In this document: one piece after another, positions 32,362-33,101 of the stretch
Layout of the letters: each line of letters opens with the position of its first letter
How positions within the stretch are numbered: position 1 is the stretch's first letter
The notes under the pieces: generated by a model
Database searches by the model: none
What the model was told of the DNA's origin: nothing
What the model saw: the letters and a program-made list of their open reading frames with translations, nothing else
NCBI GenBank assembly: GCA_043782545.1
Contig: JAYWAI010000248.1
Span: 1-33,101 of the forward strand
Source of the DNA: Acidimicrobiia bacterium
GTDB taxonomy: Bacteria > Actinomycetota > Acidimicrobiia > Acidimicrobiales > JBBRKR01
Direction of reading: 5' to 3'
DNA length: 33,101 nucleotides
Translations under genes and position numbers: made by a program

Positions 32362-32751
32362 TTAGAGCAGCAGCTTGGCGGCGCGTGGATGAGCGGCGGC
32401 CATTGCTTTGTCGAAGGTCAAGACTTTGCCCGAAAAATGCCCAGCGAGAGAGATGAGATAGGCATCGGTGACCTGCCGGTGGCCAGTGATGTTTTCCAGA
32501 CCGACTTGCTCGAATCCGATAGCGTCGGGCCAAAATTCGTGTCGACGCGAATCTGTGATTGATGCCAGTGCCGCGAGTGCCTCCTCGTGCCGCACGCCGA
32601 CTCGCAGGCAGTACCTCAGGAGCGATCCTTGCGTGATCGGGCAGGTGGCGAATGGCGTGTCTTTCGCCCACCAGGTCAACATCTTGTGATGGTGTTCGTG
32701 GTCGACAATTGCGAGCGCAATCAACGCGTTTGAATCGAGCAGGGTCACCAT
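32362..32751 (-). CDS. vapC: Type II toxin VapC (PIN-domain ribonuclease)
   Basis: 129 aa. MVTLLDSNALIAL carries the PIN Asp in LLDSN, and TDAYL carries a later acidic residue. It overlaps the upstream antitoxin gene by 7 nt. Confidence 0.85.
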   Translation of the reverse strand: MVTLLDSNALIALAIVDHEHHHKMLTWWAKDTPFATCPITQGSLLRYCLRVGVRHEEALAALASITDSRRHEFWPDAIGFEQVGLENITGHRQVTDAYLISLAGHFSGKVLTFDKAMAAAHPRAAKLLL

Positions 32752-32975
32752 TCGTCCTCCATTGCTGCGACGTCGGCGGAGGTGACCGGACGACCCACGC
32801 GGATTGGCTTGAGGCCTCGTGGGCCGGTGGTAACGACCGGTCGTTGCGGTCCGTTCGCGAGTAGTGATTCCTTCAGGAGATCCGAAGCCAATTGGCTCAT
32901 GGTGGAGTGAAGGTCAATTGCTCGTTTGCGTAGTTCGCGATGTATCTCGGGCGGCAAGTCGATGGTCGTTCGCAT
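32745..32975 (-). CDS. vapB: Type II antitoxin VapB
   Basis: 76 aa. MRTTIDLPPEIHRELRKRAIDLHSTMSQLA is a typical VapB/RHH-like N-terminus. TACCAT lies 6 nt upstream of the ATG. Confidence 0.8.
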   Translation of the reverse strand: MRTTIDLPPEIHRELRKRAIDLHSTMSQLASDLLKESLLANGPQRPVVTTGPRGLKPIRVGRPVTSADVAAMEDEW

Positions 32976-33025
32976 ATCTGCATGGTAGCGCGCATCTTGA
33001 TGTATTGATGCGAAATTCGACGCCT

Positions 33026-33101
33026 TTAGGCGGCGGTGTATGTGAGCCAGTGGGTGTTGAGGGTTTCGCCGGTGGGGTTGGGGGCGGGTTTTTGTATTGG
33101 T
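33026..33101 (-). CDS. Possible 3' end of an unidentified minus-strand gene (5' part outside window)
   Basis: The open frame to the window edge reads ..PIQKPAPNPTGETLNTHWLTYTAA*, with stop TAA at 33026-33028. It is too short to identify. Confidence 0.25.
   Translation of the reverse strand, partial: PIQKPAPNPTGETLNTHWLTYTAA

Noticed and set aside
1-33101. Search for CRISPR arrays, tRNA/rRNA genes, IS elements/transposases, integrases or prophage genes
   Set aside because: I saw no spaced direct repeats, no cloverleaf-like or rRNA-like non-coding stretch (the largest non-coding gap is 191 bp), and no transposase- or integrase-like ORF. Only the unidentifiable 25-codon fragment at the right edge remains open.

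Overview
GC-rich window with an actinobacterial flavour: F420/LLM-type oxidoreductase, mycofactocin-type SDRs, paired FadE genes, VapBC, TANNNT -10 boxes, GTG/TTG starts and ATGA/GTGA gene overlaps. About 97% is coding under my gene calls. I call 36 protein genes, two of them cut by the window edges. I saw no rRNA, tRNA, CRISPR array or recognisable IS element.

The content is a dense catabolic supercluster for an acyl-CoA-type (lipid, alicyclic or branched acid) substrate:
- Uptake: a Liv-type ABC importer (lipoprotein SBP, a fused LivH-LivM-LivG polypeptide, LivF).
- Oxidation: a P450 with a 3Fe-4S ferredoxin, six SDRs (two mycofactocin/carveol-dehydrogenase type, one Hsd4A-like, one HSD10-like), an LLM oxidoreductase.
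- Beta-oxidation-like steps: a translationally coupled acyl-CoA dehydrogenase pair, three crotonases, three thiolase-like (SCP-x/Ltp) proteins with three DUF35 OB-fold partners.
- CoA activation: a family III CoA-transferase and an NDP-forming acyl-CoA synthetase.
- Others: VOC protein, amidohydrolase, alpha/beta hydrolase, APH-type kinase, two isochorismatase-like proteins, an NTF2/SnoaL protein.
- A VapBC module lies at the right edge.

The single regulator in the window is an unusual 450-aa tandem (double) TetR.

The strongest signal is non-coding. A 14-bp palindrome, TGACAC-N2-GTGTCA (extended form TCTGACAC-N2-GTGTCAGA), occurs nine times. There is one copy in every one of the 8 divergent gene junctions, plus one at an internal promoter. 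Copies often lie next to TANNNT boxes placed 6-7 nt from start codons, which suggests leaderless mRNAs. I read the window as one previously uncharacterised regulon of about 17 zig-zag transcription units under a common operator. The substrate cannot be named from sequence alone. All functional calls come from motif recognition by eye, not database searches.
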